Shown piece by piece: positions 1 to 9,644 of a stretch of DNA of 62,675 bases. Under the pieces are notes generated by a model. The model saw nothing but the letters and a program-made list of their open reading frames with translations. It had not been told where the DNA came from and did no database searches. Source of the stretch: Acidobacteriota bacterium (GTDB lineage: Bacteria > Acidobacteriota > UBA6911 > JACQSX01); contig DASXQR010000105.1 of assembly GCA_036507075.1 (NCBI GenBank), positions 1 through 62,675 of the forward strand, read 5' to 3'. Position numbers and translations under genes: made by a program. Position 1 is the stretch's first letter. Every line of letters begins with the position of its first letter.

Positions 1-1
1 T

Positions 2-925
2 GGCGCGACGGAAAAGGACAACGTGTGTATTGCCGCGCAGGATATCGACGGCGACGGCAAAGTCGATTTCGCATTGGGAGCTGCCTGGAAGCCAACCAAC
101 ACGAGCGCAGGCGGCTCTCTGCAGTGGATCGGGCGAAATAATGCCGATCCGGAAGGCATGTGGAAGCTTACACAGATCACATCCGAGCCCACGCTTCACA
201 GAATTCGGTGGGGAGATATTGACGGTGATGGGAAGCCGGAGCTGATTGTGGTTCCTTTACATGGACGAGGGACCAAAGGACCCGAGTGGGAGGGACAGGG
301 AGCGAGGATCCTGGTTTTCCATGTGCCTGCCAGGCCGGCGCTGGAGACGTGGCCGGCCGAGGTTGCGGACGATTCACTTCATATCGTCCACAATTTCCTT
401 GTGACGAATTTTGATCGCGCCAAGGACCACGAAATTCTGACGGCGAGCCGCGAAGGAATCCATGTATTGAAGAGGAAGCCGGACGGGAGCTGGTCAAAAA
501 CATTCGTCGCGCCGGGTGCGCCTGGCGAAATCAAACTGGGCAAGGCTCGCTCAGCGAGGGTGATTGCTACTGTAGAGCCCTGGCACGGGAATTCCGTGGT
601 TGTGTACCGGGAAGAGAACGGAACGTGGAACCGGCAGGTGATAGAAGATCAGCTCGCCGGCGGGCATGCTCTCGGCTGGGCTGATTTTGATGGGGACGGG
701 GATGATGAACTGGCTGTGGGCTGGCGCGAGAAGAACTTCGGGCTTGCCGTTTACAAGATCGATCCTGCAGGTCGATGGAACCGAGCCGCGATGGTCGACG
801 GCGGCGGTATGGCCACGGAAGATCTGGTGATCGCAGACTTGAACGGAGACAAACGTCCTGACATCATCGCCGCTGGTCGCGCAACCAGGAATGTCAAGAT
901 TTACTGGAACGAGACCAGGCAGTGA
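2..925 (+). CDS. FG-GAP/VCBS repeat beta-propeller protein, 5'-truncated by window edge
   Basis: Repeated DxDGDGxxD motifs (DIDGDGKVD, DIDGDGKPE, DFDGDGDDE, DLNGDKRPD); frame open back to position 2. Confidence 0.85.
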   Translation, partial: GATEKDNVCIAAQDIDGDGKVDFALGAAWKPTNTSAGGSLQWIGRNNADPEGMWKLTQITSEPTLHRIRWGDIDGDGKPELIVVPLHGRGTKGPEWEGQGARILVFHVPARPALETWPAEVADDSLHIVHNFLVTNFDRAKDHEILTASREGIHVLKRKPDGSWSKTFVAPGAPGEIKLGKARSARVIATVEPWHGNSVVVYREENGTWNRQVIEDQLAGGHALGWADFDGDGDDELAVGWREKNFGLAVYKIDPAGRWNRAAMVDGGGMATEDLVIADLNGDKRPDIIAAGRATRNVKIYWNETRQ

Positions 926-928
926 CAG

Positions 929-974
929 GAGGGATCGAGGGACGGAGGGACTGAGGGACTGAGGGATGGAGGAT
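929..974 (+). repeat. Solo arm of octamer family (GAGGGANN)x5.7
   Basis: gagggatc gagggacg gagggact gagggact gagggatg gaggat; the junction of the last units gives GGAGG just before ATG 979. Confidence 0.9.
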
Positions 975-978
975 TCAA

Positions 979-2238
979 ATGAGAATCTGGCGACGCATCA
1001 GTCATTTCCTGGTGTTATGGCTATGCCTGTCCTGCCTTTTGGCGGCTCAGGGCAACTTCTACCTGAAGAACGGGGACCGTGTCGTCTTCTACGGCGACAG
1101 CATTACCGACCAACGGCTCTATACAACGTTTGTTGAAAGCTACGTAGTGACCCGGTTTCCCGGAATGAATGTGAGCTTTGTTCACTCCGGCTGGGGTGGA
1201 GATCGCGTCACCGGTGGCGGCGGAGGACCCGTCGACCAGCGGCTTCAGCGGGATGTGATTGCCTACAAGCCAACCGTAGTGACTGTGATGTTGGGAATGA
1301 ACGATGGTAGTTACAGGGCTTTTGACTCGGCAATTTTCGACACTTACAAAAAGGGCTACCAGCATATTGTGGAAGTGCTCAAGGACGCGCTGCCGGGAGT
1401 GCGACTGACATTGATTTTGCCGTCTCCCTTTGATGATGTAACCCGGGCTCCTAACTTTGAAGGAGGGTACAACAAGGTACTGGTGCGCTATGGGGAATTC
1501 GTTCAGGAGCTTGCGCGCAGCCACAACGTTGATACGGCCGACCTGAATACTTCAGTCGTCGAGTCGCTAAAGAAAGCGCAGAGCATCGATCCGGCGGCCG
1601 CCCAGAAACTGATCCCCGACCGTGTTCACCCCGGAGCGGCGGGCCACTTGCTGATGGCCGCAGCCTTGCTTAAAGCCTGGAATGCCCCGGCAGTCGTCTC
1701 GAACGTGGAGATTGATGCGAAAGGTCGCCGCGCGGTCAAGGCTGAAAATGCGCGTATCGAACAAATCACAGCGGATTCCGGCCTTTCGTGGAACCAACTG
1801 GACATGGCGCTGCCGCTTCCCGTCGACCTTAACGAACCCACGGTGGCTCTGGGTGTCAAGGCGTCGGATGTGATCGATAGTTTGAACCGTCAAATGCTGC
1901 GAGTTGTGGGGCTGCCGGGCCCGCGCTACACACTCAAGATCGAAGGCAGGGAAGCGGGCAATTTTTCGCGGGAGCAGTTGGAAGACGGAATCAATCTCGC
2001 TTTGTTGCCGACTCCCATGCTGCAGCAGTCGCTTTCAGTGCACGCTCTGACACTCAAGCACAATACCATCCACTTTGCCCGATGGCGTCAGGTTCAGGTG
2101 CCCTTGCAGAAAGACACTTCCGGCGCGATTGGCAGGGCTCTCGCCGCCCTGGATGACCTGGATGCCGACCTGGTACGCCAGCAGCGGGCGGAGGCACAGC
2201 CGAAGATTAGAAAGTTTGAACTTGTTCCGGCTAATTGA
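979..2238 (+). CDS. Secreted SGNH/GDSL hydrolase family protein
   Basis: Signal peptide; blocks GDSIT, G-GGD, LGMND, DRVHP. Confidence 0.9.
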   Translation: MRIWRRISHFLVLWLCLSCLLAAQGNFYLKNGDRVVFYGDSITDQRLYTTFVESYVVTRFPGMNVSFVHSGWGGDRVTGGGGGPVDQRLQRDVIAYKPTVVTVMLGMNDGSYRAFDSAIFDTYKKGYQHIVEVLKDALPGVRLTLILPSPFDDVTRAPNFEGGYNKVLVRYGEFVQELARSHNVDTADLNTSVVESLKKAQSIDPAAAQKLIPDRVHPGAAGHLLMAAALLKAWNAPAVVSNVEIDAKGRRAVKAENARIEQITADSGLSWNQLDMALPLPVDLNEPTVALGVKASDVIDSLNRQMLRVVGLPGPRYTLKIEGREAGNFSREQLEDGINLALLPTPMLQQSLSVHALTLKHNTIHFARWRQVQVPLQKDTSGAIGRALAALDDLDADLVRQQRAEAQPKIRKFELVPAN

Positions 2239-2249
2239 AGGCCTTCGGA

Positions 2250-3095
2250 ATGGACCTTGAGCATCGTATTCAGGAACTGGAAGAAAATAAGGGTCGCAAT
2301 CCTCGAACGGCAATTCAGCGTGTGTGCGCGGCCATTGAAGTTTTTCTCCGCGAAGCACTGGACCTGGAGCACGGCGCCTCGCTGGCGGTTCTGCAGGAAG
2401 AATTCCGCAAATGTTATCCCGACGAAAAGCAGCTCTATTACAAGATTGTGACGCTGCGCGAATTGAGAAACGTCATAACGTTCACATCGCGCCAGCCTTG
2501 GCCCGGGGACGAGGAGATCGCAATCGGGATTTTGAAGAACTTTGCCCATCTGGATTCGTCTGGAACGGCTTCCGGAATACCTGCGACGGAGGGCGTGATT
2601 TCAGCTGCCGATGAGGACGCAAGGCAAGCCGGTGGGGGAACCGAAAAGCCAAAGCTCAGGCTTGTTTCAGCCAATCGCCAGGCAGTGCCGGAACCTGATA
2701 GCAGGCGATTTGAGGCCGCCGACTTTGAGAGGCTGGTCGAATATCACTTCGGGGATTTGTTCGCCAAAACCTTTTCGCGCCAGGTGCCCTATCTCTCCGA
2801 TGGGAGCAGCTATCAGTTTGACCTTATTTCGACCGATCGCGAAGTGGTTATAGATTGTTTGAGCCCGGCCTGGAATCAGTCGGGAGAGTTTCCCCTCTCA
2901 CTGGACTCGGCCGCTCTTTGGGCGACCGACTGGCTGAAGAGATGCACGGCGGACCGTCGTTTGCTGGTACTGCAAGACGACGTTTTGCGGCGGGCAAGTC
3001 TGGCGGCCGTTTTTGTTCACCGCAACCACAAAGACCTGGAAGGAATCCAAGTCTGGGTCTACGCCAAGGGGCTTTTCTGGAAACTAAGCCCGTGA
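2250..3095 (+). CDS. Hypothetical two-domain protein: degenerate HEPN-like N-terminus plus PD-(D/E)xK-like C-terminus
   Basis: 281-aa ORF; LRELRNVITF, linker, then FE...FDLIS.D...IDCLS..W..SG..P; domain assignment by eye only. Confidence 0.65.
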   Translation: MDLEHRIQELEENKGRNPRTAIQRVCAAIEVFLREALDLEHGASLAVLQEEFRKCYPDEKQLYYKIVTLRELRNVITFTSRQPWPGDEEIAIGILKNFAHLDSSGTASGIPATEGVISAADEDARQAGGGTEKPKLRLVSANRQAVPEPDSRRFEAADFERLVEYHFGDLFAKTFSRQVPYLSDGSSYQFDLISTDREVVIDCLSPAWNQSGEFPLSLDSAALWATDWLKRCTADRRLLVLQDDVLRRASLAAVFVHRNHKDLEGIQVWVYAKGLFWKLSP

Positions 3096-3107
3096 TCAAG
3101 GCTAAAG

Positions 3108-3187
3108 GTCTGAAAGTCGAATGTCGAAAGTCAAAAGCCGGACGCGGGTGCTTTTGACTTTCGACCTTCGACCTTCGACTTTCAGAC
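3108..3187. repeat. Palindrome with heptamer (GTCGAAA/GTCGAAG) tandem arms
   Basis: Left gtctgaaagtcgaatgtcgaaagtcaaaagc (3108-3138); right gcttttgactttcgaccttcgaccttcgactttcagac (3150-3187); between convergent genes. Confidence 0.9.
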
Positions 3188-3193
3188 TCTATT

Positions 3194-4540
3194 TTAGAGT
3201 GAAAGTTTCCACGGCGCGCGGTAGGGTCGCGAGATGTACAGGTTGGCTTCCGCGTCGCCGACCACTCGTTCGTTCTCCACGTCCCACTGGATCCGTCTTC
3301 CCATTCGAAATGCAATGTTGCCCAGATGGCAGGCGATCATGGAGTTATGTCCGATCTCAACATCGGAACTGGGGCGTTTGCGCGAATGCATGCAGTCGAT
3401 GAAGTTCTTCACGTGCGCCAGATGATAGTCCTCGCCTCCGGCGCCCTGGCGCGGAACTCCCGCAGCCCGGTATTCGCGCCGGCGTCCCGTGCGCTCAGAT
3501 TCCGGATAAACCTCCCAGCCGCCTCGGTCCACTACCAGAACACCGTTGTTCCCGTGGAAAGCAACGCCATGATCGCGCGCTTCCGGACCGCGCCCAATCG
3601 CGGTGGCGTGCTCCCAGACCATGCTGAAATCCGGAAATCCCCACAGCACCTGCTGTGTATCGGGCGTTTCTTCGGCGTCATCGGGAAACCCATACTTGCC
3701 GCCTACCGACATCGCGGAGTTGGGCGCTTTGATCCCCATTCCCCAGTTTGCGATGTCGATCATGTGCGCGCCCCAGTCCGTCATCAGACCGCCGGCGTAA
3801 TCCCAGTACCATCGAAAATTGAAGTGGAAGCGATTCTTGTTGAAAGGCCGTTTGGGGGCCGGCCCCAGCCAAAGGTCGTAATCGACTGTTGAGGGCGGTT
3901 CGGTGTCGGGTACCCTGGGGATATTTCCCATCCAATCCTGATATGCCCACGTTCGCACCAGGCGGATTTTTCCCAGTTTGCCGCTTTGCACGTAATTGAT
4001 CGCCTCGGCGTAGTGCGTTGCGCTTCGCTGCTGTGTCCCCATCTGGACGACGCGATTGTGCCGGCGTGCTGCTTCCACCATGATGCGGCCTTCCGCAATT
4101 GTCAGTGAGAGGGGCTTCTCCACGTACACATCTTTGCCCGCCTGGCAGGCCATTACCGCAGGCAGAGCGTGCCAATGATCCGGTGTTGCCACGATCACGG
4201 CGTCGATTCCCTTGTCATCCAGGACTTTTCTGAAATCGCGCGCCATCAGCGAAGGTTTCTGTGAAAACTGTTCCTCTGCGAATCTGGCGGTCCGTGCGCT
4301 TTGCTCGTCATCGACGTCGCACAGCGCCGCGCATTCGGTATTCTTGTTCCTGAGAAAATCTCTGAGGTCACTCCTGCCCATGCCGCCGCACCCGATCAGG
4401 CCTGCACGAATTCGATCGTTGGCCCCTAGAATGCGATGGTTTGCGTCCTGGACGGCGGGGGCCGCCGCCAGAGCGGTCATCCCGGCGGCGCCCAGATAGA
4501 GAGAGTCTGTGAAAAACTTGCGACGGCTGCGCATCTTCAT
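3194..4540 (-). CDS. Gfo/Idh/MocA family oxidoreductase with Tat signal
   Basis: SRRKF twin-Arg; GLIGCGGMG; ATPDHWH; YVEKP; GTQQRS. Confidence 0.92.
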   Translation of the reverse strand: MKMRSRRKFFTDSLYLGAAGMTALAAAPAVQDANHRILGANDRIRAGLIGCGGMGRSDLRDFLRNKNTECAALCDVDDEQSARTARFAEEQFSQKPSLMARDFRKVLDDKGIDAVIVATPDHWHALPAVMACQAGKDVYVEKPLSLTIAEGRIMVEAARRHNRVVQMGTQQRSATHYAEAINYVQSGKLGKIRLVRTWAYQDWMGNIPRVPDTEPPSTVDYDLWLGPAPKRPFNKNRFHFNFRWYWDYAGGLMTDWGAHMIDIANWGMGIKAPNSAMSVGGKYGFPDDAEETPDTQQVLWGFPDFSMVWEHATAIGRGPEARDHGVAFHGNNGVLVVDRGGWEVYPESERTGRRREYRAAGVPRQGAGGEDYHLAHVKNFIDCMHSRKRPSSDVEIGHNSMIACHLGNIAFRMGRRIQWDVENERVVGDAEANLYISRPYRAPWKLSL

Positions 4541-4562
4541 GGTTCCTCCCTGAGAATTCGCT

Positions 4563-5351
4563 TTACCTCTTTGACATTTCTATCGTTCTCATCCAAAACG
4601 GGCGGGCCTGAAATTCGATGGCGACCCCGTAGATGGGTGTGGCAATGGTTGAAAGCGTCAAAACGCCGGTCTTAGAACTTCGAATCTGGGGCAAAAGATC
4701 CTCGATCAGAAAGGATTTATAGCCGTTGGCCGGAATTCGGATTGTCTTGTCTCCCAGCACTTTCCCTTCGGAATCCCGCAGCGTGAGCGCCACGACTGCT
4801 TCCGCTCCGCCGGAGGAGGGAAATGCCAGGGCGATTCCTGTGCTTCCGGCTTCGTAGAGTGCTACAGGGACGACAGCGCTTATGAAGTTCTCGCCGGGAT
4901 TGGAATCCGTGTTAGCGTACGCCATTGCCGGAAAGGCGGAGAGCGGTTGGATGTCCAGAGTGTCGATCTGCAGAAAAATGATAGAGCCTCTCACGGCGGC
5001 GGGCTGTGAGGTGGTGATGCGCAGCCAGCCGGTCACCAGCAGTTCCGGGCTGTCGAGAAAATACTGGCCCATGCCCTGTGGAGTGACTTTGGTCGGTCCG
5101 AAGGTGACAATAGTCAACCTGGTCCCGGTACTGTCGAAAGCGTCAATCGTCACACTGGTATCTGAGCTTCCCAGATTCACGACACTGAATCGAGAAGCGT
5201 ACCGGCTGTCAACCGTTCCGGACTCCAGAATGCGGCCGGCGGCGAAGTGCGGAATGATGTACGTTTCCGCCCGAAGATAGGAAGAACTGCCTGTGAGTGC
5301 TATGCCTGCGATGAAGAGTGTCGCCAGGCGCTTTGTGAAAAATCCGCTCAT
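4563..5351 (-). CDS. Hypothetical secreted beta-rich protein
   Basis: 262-aa ORF with signal peptide and two similar halves (VTIDAFDSTG / VALTLRDSEG); GGAGG RBS. Confidence 0.7.
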   Translation of the reverse strand: MSGFFTKRLATLFIAGIALTGSSSYLRAETYIIPHFAAGRILESGTVDSRYASRFSVVNLGSSDTSVTIDAFDSTGTRLTIVTFGPTKVTPQGMGQYFLDSPELLVTGWLRITTSQPAAVRGSIIFLQIDTLDIQPLSAFPAMAYANTDSNPGENFISAVVPVALYEAGSTGIALAFPSSGGAEAVVALTLRDSEGKVLGDKTIRIPANGYKSFLIEDLLPQIRSSKTGVLTLSTIATPIYGVAIEFQARPFWMRTIEMSKR

Positions 5352-5442
5352 GATCTGCCCTCCGGGAAGGGTTAACTGCTTAAGCCGACAAATTATATCC
5401 GAAATGGGCGCAGTCGAAGCGCGCCCCGGGTGCTAAGAACTG

Positions 5443-5593
5443 AACCGCCAAGAACGCCAAGAGCGCCAAGGTTTAAAATGGATCTAAACCATTTACGTCC
5501 GGCAAACAGCTCGAAATATCAGACCAATACAACGTCCTCGGGGGTGACACCGAAGTGATTATACTCTTGGCGTTCTTGGCGTTCTTGGCGGTT
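5443..5593. repeat. Palindrome with nonamer (AACCGCCAAG-AACGCCAAG) arms
   Basis: aaccgccaagaacgccaagagcgccaag (5443-5470) ... cttggcgttcttggcgttcttggcggtt (5566-5593), ~95-nt spacer. Confidence 0.9.
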
Positions 5594-5645
5594 TCCGTTT
5601 TTTGAACTTGAAGCCGTCAATCATCAGGCTTAAGCTCGATTTCCA

Positions 5646-7094
5646 ATGAAGATCAAATTTTTCATCCTTGCCACTTTCTTTAGTGTTTTGCTCTTCGCGC
5701 AATCTGCTCCATCCGCTCAAGCCTCAACACGACCCAACATTCTTTTCGCAATAGCCGATGACATGTCCTGGCCGCACACGGGAGCGTACGGGGACAGGGT
5801 TGTGAAGACGCCAACATTTGATCGGGTCGCCTCCGAGGGAGTTCTCTTCACAAACGCGTTCTGCGCTTCGCCATCATGCACTCCATCTCGGGGCGCCATC
5901 CTGACCGGGCAGGCGATCCACCGCCTGGAGGAGGGTGGAAACCTCTGGAGCATCCTGCCTTCAAAGTTCAAAGTTTATCCAGACCTGCTCGAAGAGGCCG
6001 GATACTCAGTCGGTTTCACCCGAAAAGGATGGGGCCCTGGCAGCCTGCAGGGAAGTGGTCGCACGCGAAATCCTGCAGGGCCGGAGTTTGCAACCTTTGC
6101 CGCATTTCTGGCGAGCGTACCCGCGGGCAAACCGTTCTGTTTCTGGTTTGGAAGTCACGACCCGCATCGTGCTTATGAGAAGGGAGCAGGGCTTAAATCC
6201 GGAATGAAGCTGGAGAATGTGATCGTGCCGGCATTCCTGCCGGATACTCCCGAAGTGCGCAGTGACATTCTGGATTATTACTATGAAGTAGAGCGATTTG
6301 ATCGGGAAGTGGGCGGGCTTTTGAAGCTGCTCGAAGCTGCCGGTCAACTGGAAAACACTCTGGTGGTAATGACCAGTGACAACGGCATGCCGTTTCCGCG
6401 CGCGAAAACGAACCTGCACGACTCGGGGACTCACATGCCGCTGGCAATTCGATGGGGAACCGCTCTCAAGGGCAGAACAGTCGATGATTTCATCAGCTTT
6501 GCAGACTATGCCCCGACCTTCCTGGAGGCGGCCGGTTTGAAACCACTTCCCGAGATGACCGGTCGGAGCTTTCTTGGTCTATTGACAGGAAAAGAGAAAG
6601 CTCGAGATCGGAATACTGTTTTTCTGGAGCGGGAGAGACACGCCAACGTCAGGAAGGGAGATCTCGGTTATCCGGCGCGCGCCATCCGCACGCGGGAATT
6701 CCTGTATATCCGCAATTTTCGGCCGGATCGCTGGCCGGGGGGTGATCCCGAGAAACACAGATCGGTTGGCGCCTACGGCGACTGTGATAATTCTCCGACA
6801 AAGGATCTGATACTGCGCCGGCGCGAAGATCCCGCTATCTTGAAATTCTTCAAGCTCGCCTTCGAAAAGCGCCCCGCCGAAGAGCTGTACGATCTGAAGC
6901 TCGACCCGGGGCAGGTACGCAACGTCGCCGGTCTTCCGGCTTACCGCTCGTCACAGCGGAAGCTTTGGGCGCGTCTTCAGCAATGGATGGTCAGGACCGG
7001 CGATCCGCGCGCCACCATCGACGATGATCGATGGGACCATTATCCCTACTTCGGTCCTGACACTGACATGCCTGTCTCTCTGCCGCAGCGGTAA
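5646..7094 (+). CDS. Sulfatase (N-sulfoglucosamine sulfohydrolase-like)
   Basis: PNILFAIADD; formylglycine motif CTPSRGAILTG; TSDNG; signal peptide. Confidence 0.93.
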   Translation: MKIKFFILATFFSVLLFAQSAPSAQASTRPNILFAIADDMSWPHTGAYGDRVVKTPTFDRVASEGVLFTNAFCASPSCTPSRGAILTGQAIHRLEEGGNLWSILPSKFKVYPDLLEEAGYSVGFTRKGWGPGSLQGSGRTRNPAGPEFATFAAFLASVPAGKPFCFWFGSHDPHRAYEKGAGLKSGMKLENVIVPAFLPDTPEVRSDILDYYYEVERFDREVGGLLKLLEAAGQLENTLVVMTSDNGMPFPRAKTNLHDSGTHMPLAIRWGTALKGRTVDDFISFADYAPTFLEAAGLKPLPEMTGRSFLGLLTGKEKARDRNTVFLERERHANVRKGDLGYPARAIRTREFLYIRNFRPDRWPGGDPEKHRSVGAYGDCDNSPTKDLILRRREDPAILKFFKLAFEKRPAEELYDLKLDPGQVRNVAGLPAYRSSQRKLWARLQQWMVRTGDPRATIDDDRWDHYPYFGPDTDMPVSLPQR

Positions 7095-7414
7095 GAAGTC
7101 GAAAGCCGAACCGCGCGCGTAAGCAAGCGGACCCTTCCGTCATTTGTCATTGGTCACCGGTCATTGGTCACCGGTCATTGGTCATAGTTCGTCCAATCAT
7201 CGTTGATTCTGTCATCATTCATTCCGTCATCGTTCAAAAGACAGAGGTTATAGTTCAAAAGTGGTACGCCAGAAATCATCGGTTAGTTTGTGACCGGTGC
7301 CGATAGTGGTGACCAATGACTGCTGACTACTGCTGACCAATGACCAATGACCAATGACGGGAGGGTCCGCTTGCTCACGCGCGCGGTTCGGCTTCCGGTC
7401 TTCGACTTTCGACC
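7095..7414. repeat. Three-layer nested palindrome: GTCGAAA remnants / REP-like arm / GTCATTG heptamer arms
   Basis: aagccgaaccgcgcgcgtaagcaagcggacc-ttccgtcatt ... aatgacggagggtccgcttgctcacgcgcgcggttcggctt, enclosing (gtcattg)n ... (caatgac)n. Confidence 0.9.
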
Positions 7415-7415
7415 T

Positions 7416-8189
7416 TTATTTGAGAAACCCGCTGCGCGGGATCTCCCTCGAACTCAGCTCGTCGTTCAGCGCATCGTCCAGGGCAAGAAGCTCCCTTAAC
7501 ACAGGACTCAAATTCTGCTGGACCTTTGGGGAAAGAAGCCGCTTTTGATACTGCTGCTGCGGCTTATCGCCTCGGGTATAGAAGGCGTGCATCGCACGGC
7601 GCTGCAAACTGGTTCGGTTGGCCGTTGCGCCGTGCCACAAATGCGCGTTCATGATCACCACAGATCCGGCTGTTCCCGTCAACAGCAATTCATCGGGGTG
7701 AGGAGCGGACGGATCTTCGAGCACTTCCTGCGGCAGTTGCCGCCGCCAATGAGAGCCGGGCACCAGCCGAATGGCGCCGTTCAGGCGTGTAAAGTCGTCC
7801 AGCATCCAGACCGAATTGCAGACCCAGAATCCTTTTTCATCCGGGACTGCGCCCATATCAGCATGCAGAGGTTGCGCGCAGTCAGAATGGGGATTGGCCG
7901 ACCGGACATTCAGGCTGCTCAGCTTTATCCGCTCTCCCAGGACATGTCGCATACACTGGAGAATCCTGGGAAACGCAATCACTCGCTGGAAAACCTCTCC
8001 CTTGTTGACAAGGTTGGCCAGTCGCCTGGCGGAAGGCTCCTGTTTGAATTCAGAGCCGGCTGCGTCTCCTTCCAGCTCGAACAGCTCCTCGACGCGCGTC
8101 CGCAGTTCGTGCAGCAGATCGCGTTCCATAAAGTCCGCCAGAACGAGGTATCCCATCTCGTCCAACTGCTGTTTCTCGCCTTCGGTCAT
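7416..8189 (-). CDS. Phytanoyl-CoA dioxygenase (PhyH) family Fe(II)/2OG dioxygenase
   Basis: [31 protein letters not shown]. Confidence 0.9.
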   Translation of the reverse strand: MTEGEKQQLDEMGYLVLADFMERDLLHELRTRVEELFELEGDAAGSEFKQEPSARRLANLVNKGEVFQRVIAFPRILQCMRHVLGERIKLSSLNVRSANPHSDCAQPLHADMGAVPDEKGFWVCNSVWMLDDFTRLNGAIRLVPGSHWRRQLPQEVLEDPSAPHPDELLLTGTAGSVVIMNAHLWHGATANRTSLQRRAMHAFYTRGDKPQQQYQKRLLSPKVQQNLSPVLRELLALDDALNDELSSREIPRSGFLK

Positions 8190-8203
8190 GGCCGGTATTT
8201 TAC

Positions 8204-8390
8204 AAGAAAGTCGAAAGTCAGCACCGCATAACAGTACCGCGATCCGTTAGGTCGCGGCGTGCCAGACACAGTTCCCTGCGATAAGCGACAACAGTCAGGG
8301 CGAGGCGCTTTTTAGCAAACCGCTGCCGACTTTATCTGGTGCGCCGCGACGTAACGGATCGCGGTACTGTTGGTGACCTTGGACTTTCAG
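8204..8390. repeat. REP-like inverted pair inside GTCGAAA remnants
   Basis: aacagtaccgcgatccgttaggtcgcggcg (from 8230) ... cgccgcgacgtaacggatcgcggtactgtt (to 8371), flanked by aaagtcgaaagtca / tgaccttggactttcag. Confidence 0.85.
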
Positions 8391-8788
8391 GGCTTAGACT
8401 TGGACGCCGCCTCCTTTTCAACCTGCTCGAGGAGTTTCTGCGTAAAGCGAGCCATTGCTTTTGTTCGGCGGATCAAATTCGCTTTGTCTGGATCCATGGC
8501 GGCCAGCTCCGCCAAGGCTTGCAGACGCATCTGCAGTTCATCGGAAAAGCGGCGGCTTTCCGTTGCGATTGCGCTCCACGCATCCGCCGTTTCCCTCAGT
8601 TGGGAGTTAATCATTTCCGCCAGGCCCTTTCGTTCGTTCTCAGGCAACTGACGCGCCTTCTCCTGAAGTTCCCAGCACGTGACGACTGCGCCGTGAAAAC
8701 GGTTGATGTCCTGCCGCAGCCGGTTAGCCTGATCCTGGTTGTTACTGCCCGCTTTGTTGCGCCGTCCTTTGAACCACGTTGCACCCAT
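8387..8788 (-). CDS. Hypothetical helical/coiled-coil protein
   Basis: Longest minus-strand ORF in the gap, charged helical composition; start uncertain (only 32 bp to the divergent gene). Confidence 0.45.
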   Translation of the reverse strand: MGATWFKGRRNKAGSNNQDQANRLRQDINRFHGAVVTCWELQEKARQLPENERKGLAEMINSQLRETADAWSAIATESRRFSDELQMRLQALAELAAMDPDKANLIRRTKAMARFTQKLLEQVEKEAASKSKP

Positions 8789-8820
8789 GCTTAAATTCAA
8801 GTGTAAAGCTTAGGAGGCAT

Positions 8821-9303
8821 ATGAAGACCAGGTTTATTTTGATCATCGTATTTGCGGCGGCTTTTACTCTCCTTGGAGCCGACAACGTAGTCAAAAAGGC
8901 GGGAAAGGGAATTAAGAAGGGCGCCGTCGAGGTTGCCGACAAGGCCGAAGATGCAAAAGACAAGACGGTAAGCGGCAGCAAGAAAGTGGGCAAGGCGACA
9001 AAAAAAGGCGCCGTCGAAGTGGCCGACAAAGCTGAAGACGCCAAAGATAAAACTGTAAGCGTAAGCAAGAAAGTTGGCAAAGCGACAAAAAAGGGAGCGG
9101 TCGAAGTGGCCGACAAGGCTGAAGACGCCAAAGACAAAACGGTAAGCATAAGCAAGAAAATCGGCAAAGGGACAAAAAAGGGAGCCGTCGAAGTCGCTGA
9201 CAAAACCGAAGACGCCAAAGACAAAACTGTCAGCGGGACCAAGAAGGCCGGCAAAGCCACCAAAAAGGGAGCGACGAAAGTTAAGCACGCAGTCACTCCC
9301 TGA
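8821..9303 (+). CDS. Secreted Lys/Ala-rich tandem-repeat (LEA-like) protein
   Basis: AGGAGG RBS; signal peptide; four 29-aa (87-bp) repeats KKGAVEVADKAEDAKDKTVSxSKKxGKAT at 8914, 9001, 9088, 9175. Confidence 0.85.
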   Translation: MKTRFILIIVFAAAFTLLGADNVVKKAGKGIKKGAVEVADKAEDAKDKTVSGSKKVGKATKKGAVEVADKAEDAKDKTVSVSKKVGKATKKGAVEVADKAEDAKDKTVSISKKIGKGTKKGAVEVADKTEDAKDKTVSGTKKAGKATKKGATKVKHAVTP

Positions 9304-9508
9304 CCGCCCAAGATTTTTTGAGAGTGGAGAGACGGCCCGAGGGCCGTCTCAGGCGGAGTCGACGGCAGGGTTAATCCAGGCAACATTCCTAGACGGCCCT
9401 TAAGCCGTCTCTCCACTCATCTGGAGGTCTGGTAACTCCCTGTCCGCCCAAGATTTTTGAGAGGAGAGACGGCCCTCAGGCCGTCTTTCCACTCATCTGG
9501 AGGTCTGG
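9295..9508. repeat. REP doublet plus tandemly duplicated collapsed copy
   Basis: Copy 1 (9295-9432) has gtggagagacggcccgagggccgtctc ... agacggcccttaagccgtctctccac; copy 2 (9435-9508) has the same flanks with a single hairpin. Confidence 0.85.
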
Positions 9509-9644
9509 CGAAGAGCTATCGCCCTGACGCCTGACCTCAACTCGACGTTTTCCGCTCCAGGCCTGACGCAAAAAGATTTCATCCATTAGCCTTTTCGTAT
9601 TTTTCGACACATTCACTTATATTCTGGCAAACTATCCTCTAACA

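Noticed and set aside
8742..9416. Hydrophobic repeat ORFs on the minus strand (224 and 163 aa)
   Set aside because: Antisense shadows of the Lys-rich repeat gene, which has the RBS and signal peptide.
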